DNA of 64,000 nt from Patescibacteria group bacterium. GTDB taxonomy: Bacteria > Patescibacteriota > Patescibacteriia > JAXHNJ01. Below are positions 51,237-59,596 of this stretch, piece after piece (position 1 is the stretch's first letter; the number at the start of each line of letters is the position of its first letter). The stretch lies in assembly GCA_043812155.1 (NCBI GenBank), contig JBDRMK010000017.1, positions 13,824 to 77,823 of the forward strand, in the 5' to 3' direction. A program made the position numbers and the translations under genes. Under the pieces are notes generated by a model. It was given only the letters and a program-made list of their open reading frames with translations. It ran no database searches and was not told the origin of the DNA.

Positions 51237-51326
51237 GGTGGGATGGCTGAGTGGCTGAAGGCGCTGGTCTTGAAAACCAGAGTCGCTGCAAGGCGACCGC
51301 AGGTTCAAATCCTGCTCCCACCGCCA
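51237..51326 (+). tRNA. tRNA-Ser(TGA)
   Basis: Acceptor GGTGGGA/TCCCACC, CTGGT-CT-TGA-AA-ACCAG, long variable arm, TTCAAAT, CCA. Confidence 0.95.
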
Positions 51327-51362
51327 TCAATATTAAATAATATAAATAAGAGGAATAAATTT

Positions 51363-51863
51363 ATGCCCGAAGAACAAAAAAAAGAAATAGACCACGGCGA
51401 AACGCTCGCGACTTGGACTTTCCCGGAATTTACCGCCCACCAAAGGGGCAAGGTTTGGTATGTTTCCATAATCATCATTTGCGCCGCGGCTCTGATCTGG
51501 TCGCTTTTTACCGCCAATTATCTTTTTTCTCTTATTATCATCATTATCGGCTTTATATTGGTCCTGCAAAACCGCCAAAAAGCCAGTCTTCTTTCCTGTC
51601 AGATCAAAGAAGACGGCCTGGAAGTCGGGCGCAACTTCTATAATTTTAAGGATATAAAAAAATTCTATATCATCTACCAGCCGCCGGAAGTAAAAACTCT
51701 TTATTTTGATTTTAAAAACACGCTTCGCCCGACCCTGCCTCTCCCCTTACAAGACCAAAATCCTTTGAAAGTCCGCGAAATCCTGAAAAAATATCTGGAA
51801 GAAGACCTGGAAAAAGAGGAAGAGCCGGCTTCCGACGCTATTACCCGCTCGCTGAAGATATAG
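51363..51863 (+). CDS. Conserved hypothetical membrane protein (two TMs plus cytoplasmic domain)
   Basis: WTFPEF...RGKVWY and two TMs; start at MPEEQ because the longer ORF overlaps the tRNA. Confidence 0.7.
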   Translation: MPEEQKKEIDHGETLATWTFPEFTAHQRGKVWYVSIIIICAAALIWSLFTANYLFSLIIIIIGFILVLQNRQKASLLSCQIKEDGLEVGRNFYNFKDIKKFYIIYQPPEVKTLYFDFKNTLRPTLPLPLQDQNPLKVREILKKYLEEDLEKEEEPASDAITRSLKI

Positions 51864-51974
51864 GTTGAACTGTTGAAATTGTTAAAAATGTTAAAGATGT
51901 TGATTTGCTTGTGATATTATTTTAAAATAACTTCAACAATTTTAACAATTCAACAACTTTCTGCCACCACCCCT

Positions 51975-52046
51975 GCCCTCGTCGTTCAACGGATAGGACG
52001 CAGGATTGCGGATCCTGCAATAGAGGTTCGATTCCCCTCGAGGGCA
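51975..52046 (+). tRNA. tRNA-Arg(GCG)
   Basis: Acceptor GCCCTCG/CGAGGGC, D stem GTTC/GGAC, CAGGA-TT-GCG-GA-TCCTG, TTCGATT. Confidence 0.9.
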
Positions 52047-52211
52047 TAGGCGGCGGCGGATAAATATGAGATGCCGTTATTACCCTTGACGGTATTATTA
52101 AGTTATTTGACAAAAATAGCTATCTTTGGTTAAATACTTTCATCGATAATTGTTACGGCTTTCCGAAAAAAGCCGAAAGTTCGTTTCACTTGCTGGACTT
52201 AGGAGGTTGAC

Positions 52212-53477
52212 ATGACAAGAAGTCCAGTCATCGAAAGATTCCTGTCTTTGGTCGGTTTCGACACCCAATCGGTGGAAACCGCTCCTGGTCAGGAAGCTCG
52301 ACATCCGTCAAGCCCAGGCCAAGAGGTTCTGGCGACACACATCAAGGAGCAGATCGCCTCTTTCCCGGGTTTCCAACCGGAAATGCTTACCATTTTCGCC
52401 GACGGATCATTCGTTGTCCAGATACCGGCTTCCCAGGGCTTTGAAGGGAAACCGCACGTCGCCTTCGCGGCCCACCTCGACACGTACTACAACTTCTCCG
52501 GCGCAACCAAGCCGATCATCCGCGTGAACTACTCCGGAGGAGACATCACGCTTCCCAACGGCGGAACGGTCATCACGGCGGAAGATCTAAAAGGCCTGGA
52601 AGGCAAGACTATCATCACGAGCGACGGAGGAAGCGTGCTCGGTTCGGATGACAAGGCTGGGGTCGCCGCCATCATCGAAGTCCTCAAGCAGATCCTTGAA
52701 GGCAATGGCGGTTCGCATGGGCCGCTCACTTTCTGGTTCTGCGTGGACGAGGAGATCGGGCAACTGGACATCTCTGTCCTGCCCGAGGATCTCGTGAAAT
52801 CCTGGGCCATCCTCTGGACGGTCGACGGATCGGAAGTCGGTAAGATCGACATCGGCTGCTTCGTCTGCCGGAAGATCTTCGCCACCTTCAAGGGCGTCGA
52901 CAGCCATCCCGGCGAGTACGGAAAGAAACTCAAACCCGCTCACTACGCGGCGATCTGGCTGGCGGCGGCTATCGGCACAGACGGCCAGTACCTCACCCCA
53001 ATGGAAACCAGCGGTCTCGAATCGTTCCACTATGTCACCTCCATCGAGGGAAACGCTTCCAAGGCCACGGTCATCCTCGTCCCCAGGACTTTCGATAAGG
53101 ATGAGTCCGAAGAGATGGCCAAGGAAATCCGCGAGCTGGCCGAGCGGGCCGCCACGGAATACGGGGTCGAATTCACCTTCGAGGACAAGCTGATGTGCGG
53201 CAACACGGTGGAGGGGATCGAGGCGAACCGTCCGCTCGTTCAGGTCGGCGTCAACGCGCACGAAGGCCAGGGATTCGAGGTCATCGAGCACCAGTGCCGT
53301 GGCGGCACGGATGGCGCCATGATCAACATGAAGTATCCGGATCTGCCCGCTCCCAACATGGGTCACGGCGGCCGCCTTTTCCACGGTCCCAGCGAGTTCC
53401 TCGTCGTCGAGGAGCTGGAAGCGGTTCCGAACATTATCATGGACATGATCGCAGAATACGCCGTGTTTGCCGAGTAA
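52212..53477 (+). CDS. pepT: Peptidase T-like tripeptidase (M20B)
   Basis: AHLDT, LGSDDKAGVA, DEEIG, RGGTDG, PNM and FHG motifs. Confidence 0.88.
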   Translation: MTRSPVIERFLSLVGFDTQSVETAPGQEARHPSSPGQEVLATHIKEQIASFPGFQPEMLTIFADGSFVVQIPASQGFEGKPHVAFAAHLDTYYNFSGATKPIIRVNYSGGDITLPNGGTVITAEDLKGLEGKTIITSDGGSVLGSDDKAGVAAIIEVLKQILEGNGGSHGPLTFWFCVDEEIGQLDISVLPEDLVKSWAILWTVDGSEVGKIDIGCFVCRKIFATFKGVDSHPGEYGKKLKPAHYAAIWLAAAIGTDGQYLTPMETSGLESFHYVTSIEGNASKATVILVPRTFDKDESEEMAKEIRELAERAATEYGVEFTFEDKLMCGNTVEGIEANRPLVQVGVNAHEGQGFEVIEHQCRGGTDGAMINMKYPDLPAPNMGHGGRLFHGPSEFLVVEELEAVPNIIMDMIAEYAVFAE

Positions 53478-53510
53478 ACAAACAACGGCAAGTTAGGAGG
53501 AATCAAACAC

Positions 53511-53541
53511 ACTGGGAGAAACCTTTTCTCCCAGTTTTTTT
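53511..53541 (+). terminator. Intrinsic terminator of pepT
   Basis: ACTGGGAGAA / TTCTCCCAGT followed by a T tract. Confidence 0.8.
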
Positions 53542-53565
53542 ATTTATTAATATTTGATATAATAT

Positions 53566-53919
53566 AAAAGTACCTTTTTCTTCTTAAGATTATCCGGAAA
53601 GGGGTGTCCAAGAAAGAAATAGAAGGGGGGTGATAAGCGCACCACTGTTAGTGACAGGATAATCTTTAAGAAGAAACCAGTCGTGTAAATTTGGCTTTTC
53701 CACAGGGGAAACACGGAGGTAGTACTTTATATGAATGGACTCAACCTGAAGGCCAGTGATATCAAGGACGCAAGCCAGAGCAAGAAGATGAACGGCGCGC
53801 CCCTCGATGCAGAGGGCAGCTTGGCCTAGGACGTCGCGATTGTCCTTAAAGCCATAGCACTGAATAACGCGTCAAGCAGTAGAAAGGGTGCCCCAACAGT
53901 GGCGGCACCCTCTTTTTTT
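53566..53919 (+). ncRNA. Candidate structured RNA of unknown family (may encode a 32-aa peptide at 53731-53829)
   Basis: TGnTATAAT promoter at 53555-53563; 18-bp stem 53578-53595/53657-53675; terminator AGGGTGCC/GGCACCCT plus T tract. Confidence 0.45.
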
Positions 53920-53951
53920 ATTCATTTTTAAATTACACTTTCTAATTTTCC

Positions 53952-54001
53952 TAGCCACTTCAGTGGCGTAAGCCAGGGAAAACTAACCCGACTGAAGTCG
54001 G
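53952..54001. repeat. Dispersed RAYT-type REP pair
   Basis: TAGCCACTTCAGTGGCGT is the reverse complement of the REP at 27521-27538; CCGACTGAAGTCGG follows. Confidence 0.75.
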
Positions 54002-54081
54002 TTTGAAGGTTTGAACCGGGACTAGGCGGATTTAGGAATCCGCCCTTCTCCCAAAAATAAGATATGTGCTAAAATTAAAGC

Positions 54082-56154
54082 ATGCTCACCCTTAATTCCG
54101 ATATTTCCGAAATCCCGAAAGTCGGGCCGGCCATGGCTAAAAGAATCAAATCTTTAGGCCTGGAGAGCGTTTCCGACCTGCTTTTTTATTTCCCCTACCG
54201 CTGGGAAGATTTTTCGCAAATTATAAAAGTCAACCAGGTGCGGCCGCATGAGATCTGCACTATCCGCGGCAAGGTCCAGCTCATTACCGGCCGCCGCAGT
54301 TTCCGAAGGAGAAGGATGTTCATCACGGAAAGCCTGGTGGCGGACGACACCGGCTCGATCAAAGTCATCTGGTTCAACCAGCCGTACCTTTCAAAAATTT
54401 TAAAAACCGGCGATGAGATCATCTTGTCCGGCAAAGTGACGATGGATTATCTGACCCCGGAATTTACTTCCCCGTCTTTTGAAAAAGTGAAAAAAGAGCA
54501 GACGCATACCGGCCGGATCGTGCCGGTCTATTCCCTGACGGCCGGAATTTCCCAGCGGCAGATGCGATTTTTCCTTAAAACCGTCCTGCCATTGGCAAAA
54601 AATATAACCGATTTTCTTCCGGCGGAAATCATCAGATCAAACCGCTTAATGCCGCTTTCTTTGGCCTTAAAACAGATCCACTTCCCTGACCGCCATGAAA
54701 TACTTTCAAAAGCGGCCCAGCGGCTTAAATTTGACGAGCTGTTTCTAATCCAAGCGCAGGTATTGCAGAATAAAATGTATCTTGATAAAGCGAAGGCTCC
54801 GAAAGTGAAATTCCTGGAAAGTGTTTCCCAGGAATTCGTCAAATCCCTTCCGTTCAAACTGACTAACAGCCAAAAAAAGACGGCCTGGCAGATCCTGCGC
54901 GACCTGGAAAAACCAAGCCCCATGAACCGGTTGCTTTCCGGCGATGTCGGCTCCGGCAAGACCATTGTCGCGGTCATGGCCATTTTAAATACAGTCAGAA
55001 ACGGCTTTCAGGCCGCGTATATGGCCCCCACGGAGATCCTGGCCCGCCAGCATTTTGAAAAAATAAGAATGTTCTTAAAACCGTTCCGCGTAAAAACCGC
55101 CCTGCTTACCCGTAGTTTTAGGGAAAGCGGCGGCAGAAAAATAAGTAAATCCGATTTGATGAAGAAAATAAAAAATGGCGGGGTTGAATTGATCATCGGC
55201 ACACACGCCCTGATCCAGGAAGAAGTTAACTTTAAAAATCTGGCCCTGGTGATCATTGATGAACAGCACCGGTTCGGCGTGGCCCAAAGAAAATCTCTAC
55301 GGGAAAAATTCTCAACCGAACATAAATTAATTTCCCATCTCTTATCCATGACCGCCACGCCGATCCCCCGAAGCCTGGCCCTGACGGTTTACGGCGACCT
55401 TGATTTATCTATAATTTCCGAGATGCCTGCCGGACGCAAAAAAATATTAACCAAAGTGGTCAACCCGGAAAAACGAATTAAAGCCTATGATTTCCTGCGA
55501 AAACAAATTAACGACGGCCGGCAGATTTTCGTCATTTGTCCTTTGATCGAACCCTCGGATAAATTAGGCGTCAGATCCGTCAAGCAGGAGTATGAAAAGC
55601 TGAAAAACGAAATATTTGCCGATCTGAAGATCAGCCTGATACATGGCAAGCTAAAATCGGCGGAAAAAGAAAAAGTGATGAATGATTTTAAAAACAATAA
55701 AATAAATATACTGGTTTCCACTTCGGTAATTGAAGTCGGCATTGATATCCCTAATGCCACGGTAATGATGATCGAAGGGACGGAGCGTTTCGGTCTGGCC
55801 CAACTGCATCAGTTCCGGGGCCGGGTCGGCCGAAGCAGTCATCAATCCTATTGTTTTCTTTTTACGGAAAGCGACAGCCCGAAAACGATCGAACGGCTGG
55901 CCGCTTTGGAAAGATCAAACGACGGCTTTTACCTGGCGGAATTTGATCTGAAAACCCGCGGCCCGGGGGATTTCACCGGAATAAGACAATCTGGTTTACC
56001 AGACTTCCGTATGGCCTCGCTGTCTGACGTCAATTTGATCGCCCAGACCCGGGCCGCGGCCAAAGCCTTAATTGAAAATGATCCGGAATTAAATAATTAT
56101 CCCCTACTTAAGCAAAAAATAGGCGACTGGCAAAAAGAGATGCACGGAGAATGA
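54082..56154 (+). CDS. recG: ATP-dependent DNA helicase RecG
   Basis: GDVGSGKT, IIDEQHRFG, MTATPIPRSL and QLHQFRGRVGR motifs. Confidence 0.97.
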   Translation: MLTLNSDISEIPKVGPAMAKRIKSLGLESVSDLLFYFPYRWEDFSQIIKVNQVRPHEICTIRGKVQLITGRRSFRRRRMFITESLVADDTGSIKVIWFNQPYLSKILKTGDEIILSGKVTMDYLTPEFTSPSFEKVKKEQTHTGRIVPVYSLTAGISQRQMRFFLKTVLPLAKNITDFLPAEIIRSNRLMPLSLALKQIHFPDRHEILSKAAQRLKFDELFLIQAQVLQNKMYLDKAKAPKVKFLESVSQEFVKSLPFKLTNSQKKTAWQILRDLEKPSPMNRLLSGDVGSGKTIVAVMAILNTVRNGFQAAYMAPTEILARQHFEKIRMFLKPFRVKTALLTRSFRESGGRKISKSDLMKKIKNGGVELIIGTHALIQEEVNFKNLALVIIDEQHRFGVAQRKSLREKFSTEHKLISHLLSMTATPIPRSLALTVYGDLDLSIISEMPAGRKKILTKVVNPEKRIKAYDFLRKQINDGRQIFVICPLIEPSDKLGVRSVKQEYEKLKNEIFADLKISLIHGKLKSAEKEKVMNDFKNNKINILVSTSVIEVGIDIPNATVMMIEGTERFGLAQLHQFRGRVGRSSHQSYCFLFTESDSPKTIERLAALERSNDGFYLAEFDLKTRGPGDFTGIRQSGLPDFRMASLSDVNLIAQTRAAAKALIENDPELNNYPLLKQKIGDWQKEMHGE

Positions 56155-56292
56155 AATTAACCCTGAACTCTGAACTTAGAACAAAGGATTTTTTGGCTTA
56201 TCTTAAAGAAATATTTGACTTGAGTTCAGAGTTCTAAGTCCAAAGTTCAAAGTCAACCTTGACAATATTTTCAAAATAGTTTAGGATAAAAA

Positions 56293-56637
56293 GTACTTTT
56301 GAGCTCATTTTTACACGCTAGTATACGGGGGGAATGGACTCTGACGACGGACCACCTTTGCAGAGGGCTCGAATGGGCTTAGTGGACGCCTGCATACGTT
56401 TGATCAGCTTGAATGGCAGTTCCGGCCGATCATATTGTATTGTAAGCGCTCATATTTGTATGTGAGACCGTCAGATGACGAAATGACCCCCTTTGATCTT
56501 TCCACTAATCCACTCCTTCTTTCCGAAGGAAACTAAAGGCAAAACACCGACTTTATAAAAAGTCAAGGAGGTGACAAATACGTTAATTCTGAATTTTGAG
56601 GTTGTCTGCAAGACCTTACTAAATCGGAGGAACTGCC
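56293..56637 (+). promoter_or_regulatory. Long structured 5' leader / candidate ncRNA
   Basis: TTGACA-N17-TAGGAT promoter at 56259-56287; several complementary segments, one covering the downstream RBS and start codon. Confidence 0.45.
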
Positions 56638-56919
56638 ATGTCCGAGACTTTACTCAAGACACTCGAAGAGTCCGGTTCAACTCATGTTGACGATCTGTTG
56701 GCGAAACGCGCCGCAGAAAGGCGTTCTGAACAACTCAAAATGAGGTCGCTCCGAGTGGTACAGGGGATCGGGATTGAAGATCCCTTGTGCGATACCTGCA
56801 AAGGACCGATAGACCAGCAAAGATGGGAAGCTATTAGGGATCTTCCCAAACGAGACTGCCGTTCCTGCGCTGGTCTACTGCCCCTCCGGAAAAAAGGAGG
56901 GAAGAGAGGAAGGGGTTAA
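56638..56919 (+). CDS. DksA/TraR-like C4 zinc-finger protein
   Basis: CDTCKGPIDQQRWEAI...CRSC resembles the CxxCGxxIxxxRLxA motif; GGAGG SD; terminator at about 56956-56985. Confidence 0.6.
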   Translation: MSETLLKTLEESGSTHVDDLLAKRAAERRSEQLKMRSLRVVQGIGIEDPLCDTCKGPIDQQRWEAIRDLPKRDCRSCAGLLPLRKKGGKRGRG

Positions 56920-57023
56920 GATCGTTCATTCTATAAGCCCCCAAGCTTTATTACAAGAAGCCACATCATGGGGGCTTCTTTTTTTACGCAAAAAAATCAG
57001 GCCTTACCTGATATTATTTATTA

Positions 57024-58373
57024 TTAATAACCGAATACTTCTTTAATAGCCTCGGGTAAATTTTTGACGCGGACAAGATTTAATTTCGACTGGCCGATTT
57101 TGGCATTCGCACTTAATATCACTTTATTGAATCCCATTTTTTCAATTTCATTCAGCCTTTTGTCGATCTGGGAAACCGTGCGGATCTCCCCGCCCAAACC
57201 GATTTCGCCCAAGACGACTGTTTTTTCCGGAATGATCTTATTTTTAAAAGCCGAAGCGATAGCCAAAGCCACGGCCAGATCCACGGCCGGTTCGGTCACT
57301 TTAAAGCCGCCGACCACGTTGACATAAATATCCTGGTTGCCCAAAGACAAGCCGCAGCGCTTGGCTAAGACCGCGATGATCATTTGCAGCCGGTTGTAAT
57401 CCACGCCATTGGCTGTTCTTCTCGGCAGGCCAAAAACCGTGGTATTGACCAAAGCCTGGATCTCCACTAAAAAAGACCGCGAGCCTTCCAAAATGGCGGC
57501 CACGCAGGAACCGGCGGATTTCTGCCGTTCCGCCAGGAATACTTCCGAAGGATTTTTTACCTCGATCAAGCCTTCGGCCCGCATGTCAAAAACTCCCACT
57601 TCATTGGTGGAGCCGAAGCGGTTCTTCGTGCTGCGCAAGATCCGGAACGCGTGGTACTTGTCCCCTTCCAGATATAAAACCGCGTCCACCAGATGCTCCA
57701 TGGACTTAGGCCCGGCCAAGACCCCTTCCTTGGTCACGTGGCCGATGATAATAATGGTGATATTGTTTTTTTTGGCCAGCTCCAAAAGTTTCACCGTGCA
57801 GACCCGCACCTGGCCTTGGCTTCCTGCTTCAGATGGCAGATCCTCCCAAAAAATGGTCTGGATGGAATCAATGATCGCCAGTTTAGGCTTAGCCTTGTCC
57901 AAAGTGGCGATAATATTATCAATGTTTGTTTCCGATAAAAACTTCAAATTCCCGGATTTCAGGCCGATCCGGTCCGCCCGCAGCTTGATCTGCTCCGGTG
58001 ATTCTTCCCCGGAAACATAAATGGTTTCGGCGTCCAATAAATTTATCATCTGCAGAACCAGGGTGGATTTGCCGATCCCCGGCTCGCCGGTCATCAAAAC
58101 CAAAGAACCCGGCACCAGGCCGCCGCCTAACACCCGGTCTAATTCGGCTAAGTTAGTCTTGAAACGCTCAACCTCTTTGCCTTCAATTGAACCGAAATCG
58201 GTCAGCTCCCCGACCTGGCCGGCCGTAATCTGCCGGCGGTCCGGAGCCTGCTTTATTTCCGGCGCTAAAGTCCCCCAGGCGCCGCACTCCAGGCACCGGC
58301 CCAGCCATTTAGGGCTTTGGGCTCCGCATTTGCTGCAGGCGTAAACAGTGTTTTTCTTTAACTTATTTTTCAT
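57024..58373 (-). CDS. radA: DNA repair protein RadA/Sms
   Basis: CSKC...CLEC, GEPGIGKST and KNRFG motifs; Lon-like C-terminus. Confidence 0.97.
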   Translation of the reverse strand: MKNKLKKNTVYACSKCGAQSPKWLGRCLECGAWGTLAPEIKQAPDRRQITAGQVGELTDFGSIEGKEVERFKTNLAELDRVLGGGLVPGSLVLMTGEPGIGKSTLVLQMINLLDAETIYVSGEESPEQIKLRADRIGLKSGNLKFLSETNIDNIIATLDKAKPKLAIIDSIQTIFWEDLPSEAGSQGQVRVCTVKLLELAKKNNITIIIIGHVTKEGVLAGPKSMEHLVDAVLYLEGDKYHAFRILRSTKNRFGSTNEVGVFDMRAEGLIEVKNPSEVFLAERQKSAGSCVAAILEGSRSFLVEIQALVNTTVFGLPRRTANGVDYNRLQMIIAVLAKRCGLSLGNQDIYVNVVGGFKVTEPAVDLAVALAIASAFKNKIIPEKTVVLGEIGLGGEIRTVSQIDKRLNEIEKMGFNKVILSANAKIGQSKLNLVRVKNLPEAIKEVFGY

Positions 58374-58381
58374 ATCAGATA

Positions 58382-59596
58382 TTATAGGCTGGGAGTGTTA
58401 TAAACGCCCGGCGGGCAAGGAGTGGAAATACGTATCGCCTCAAAATGCCACCACTCCCCGCAATAGCGATAAAAACCCGCTTTCTGCATGACTTTCTGTA
58501 AAATAGTCTGGGGACCGTAGTCCGGACTGCTCATTGGGGCATTGTTTATCGTGGATAATTTTGTGCATGATGAATCATCATTACCAATTTTATAACATAA
58601 GTCTACGGCCAGACCGCTGACATGCGGCGATTCACAGCTAGGTTTGGCCGCCGGGCTGCAATTACCGATCTTTTTACATTCTTCTGAACAGCCTAAGCCC
58701 TTGTATTGCTCATAACAATCATAAAGTTTTTGCTGTAATTCCAGGGGGCGCCAAGCGCTCATGACCACTATCTTCATGTTTTGTTTTATCAATTCCTTGG
58801 CGGCTTTATCCAGCATAGGAATGACTTGGCTGCGGATTTGGCAGTCACCAGAACATCTACTGCTAATTTCAATGTAATCTTTATTGATATAATCACTTAT
58901 TTTAACCATCTCGCTGTCGGTGGGACATTGACTGATAGATATCGCTTCTTTTTCTAATAATTCCCGGGGGATGATATTCAGCGAAATAGTGCTCCATTTA
59001 ACCAAACCGGGGTTTATGGCGTAAAGCAGAACATAGGCGGTTAAAGTCAGTACCAAGCCGATTAAGGCCCCGTTCATGGTGGATTTGGCTTTTTCAATCC
59101 GGCTGGCATTGCCCGAGGCGGTGACCCATTGAAAACCGGAAAAAAGGATCATCACAGTGGCCAAAATGCCGGCCGCGGCGGCGAAATAACGGTAAAAAGC
59201 GGATATATATTCTCCAATAGTGTTGCCGGTCACTTCTTTTGCCCCTTCAAAACCCGGTAAAGGCTGCTGAAGAGTAATTTTGCCAACACCCAGTGTCTCC
59301 GCCGCCGGCTGACCTTTCGCAATACAAAAAATCTGTGATTTAACCGGGTCAGACTGCAAACAACAATAAGAGGCGGCGCAATCGCAGACAATTTTTTCGG
59401 TATATTTATCGCCGCAAAGATTATTGACGCAAGAAACAGGGTAATAATCCATAGTTGGAGGATCACAAGCCTTTAAAACCCCGTAATCCGGATCAATGAT
59501 GACTTCCTGGGCATGAATTGGCGGTGGAAATAAAAATACTGCCAATCCTAAAACTAAGAGAAAAAAGAAAATATCTATTTTTATTGTCTTACGCAT
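58382..59596 (-). CDS. VirB2/TrbC-like pilin domain fused to an M15 (VanY/VanX-like) peptidase
   Basis: Pilin helices GFQWVTASGN...KAK...GL; SAWR, SPHVSGLAVD and EWWH motifs. Confidence 0.78.
   Translation of the reverse strand: MRKTIKIDIFFFLLVLGLAVFLFPPPIHAQEVIIDPDYGVLKACDPPTMDYYPVSCVNNLCGDKYTEKIVCDCAASYCCLQSDPVKSQIFCIAKGQPAAETLGVGKITLQQPLPGFEGAKEVTGNTIGEYISAFYRYFAAAAGILATVMILFSGFQWVTASGNASRIEKAKSTMNGALIGLVLTLTAYVLLYAINPGLVKWSTISLNIIPRELLEKEAISISQCPTDSEMVKISDYINKDYIEISSRCSGDCQIRSQVIPMLDKAAKELIKQNMKIVVMSAWRPLELQQKLYDCYEQYKGLGCSEECKKIGNCSPAAKPSCESPHVSGLAVDLCYKIGNDDSSCTKLSTINNAPMSSPDYGPQTILQKVMQKAGFYRYCGEWWHFEAIRISTPCPPGVYNTPSL

Noticed and set aside
51102-51362. ORFs 51102-51308(-) and the 5' extension of 51243-51863
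   Set aside because: They are read-throughs of tRNA-Ser sequences. 51922-52113(-) over tRNA-Arg was rejected for the same reason.
52587-53557. Long antisense and alternate-frame ORFs over pepT (similar ones occur over fusA, tuf, pilB, clpC and radA)
   Set aside because: These are shadow ORFs caused by codon bias of well-supported genes.
53566-53919. tmRNA or 6S RNA assignment
   Set aside because: There are no tRNA-like ends with a T arm and CCA, and no single rod with a central bubble. The peptide ending SLA and the GGCGGCAC 3' motif are only suggestive.
56326-56465. tmRNA-like 5' end (GGGGGGAATGGACTCTGAC) and a 43-aa ORF from 56334
   Set aside because: No matching tRNA-like 3' end; the ORF has no recognisable features and overlaps predicted stems.
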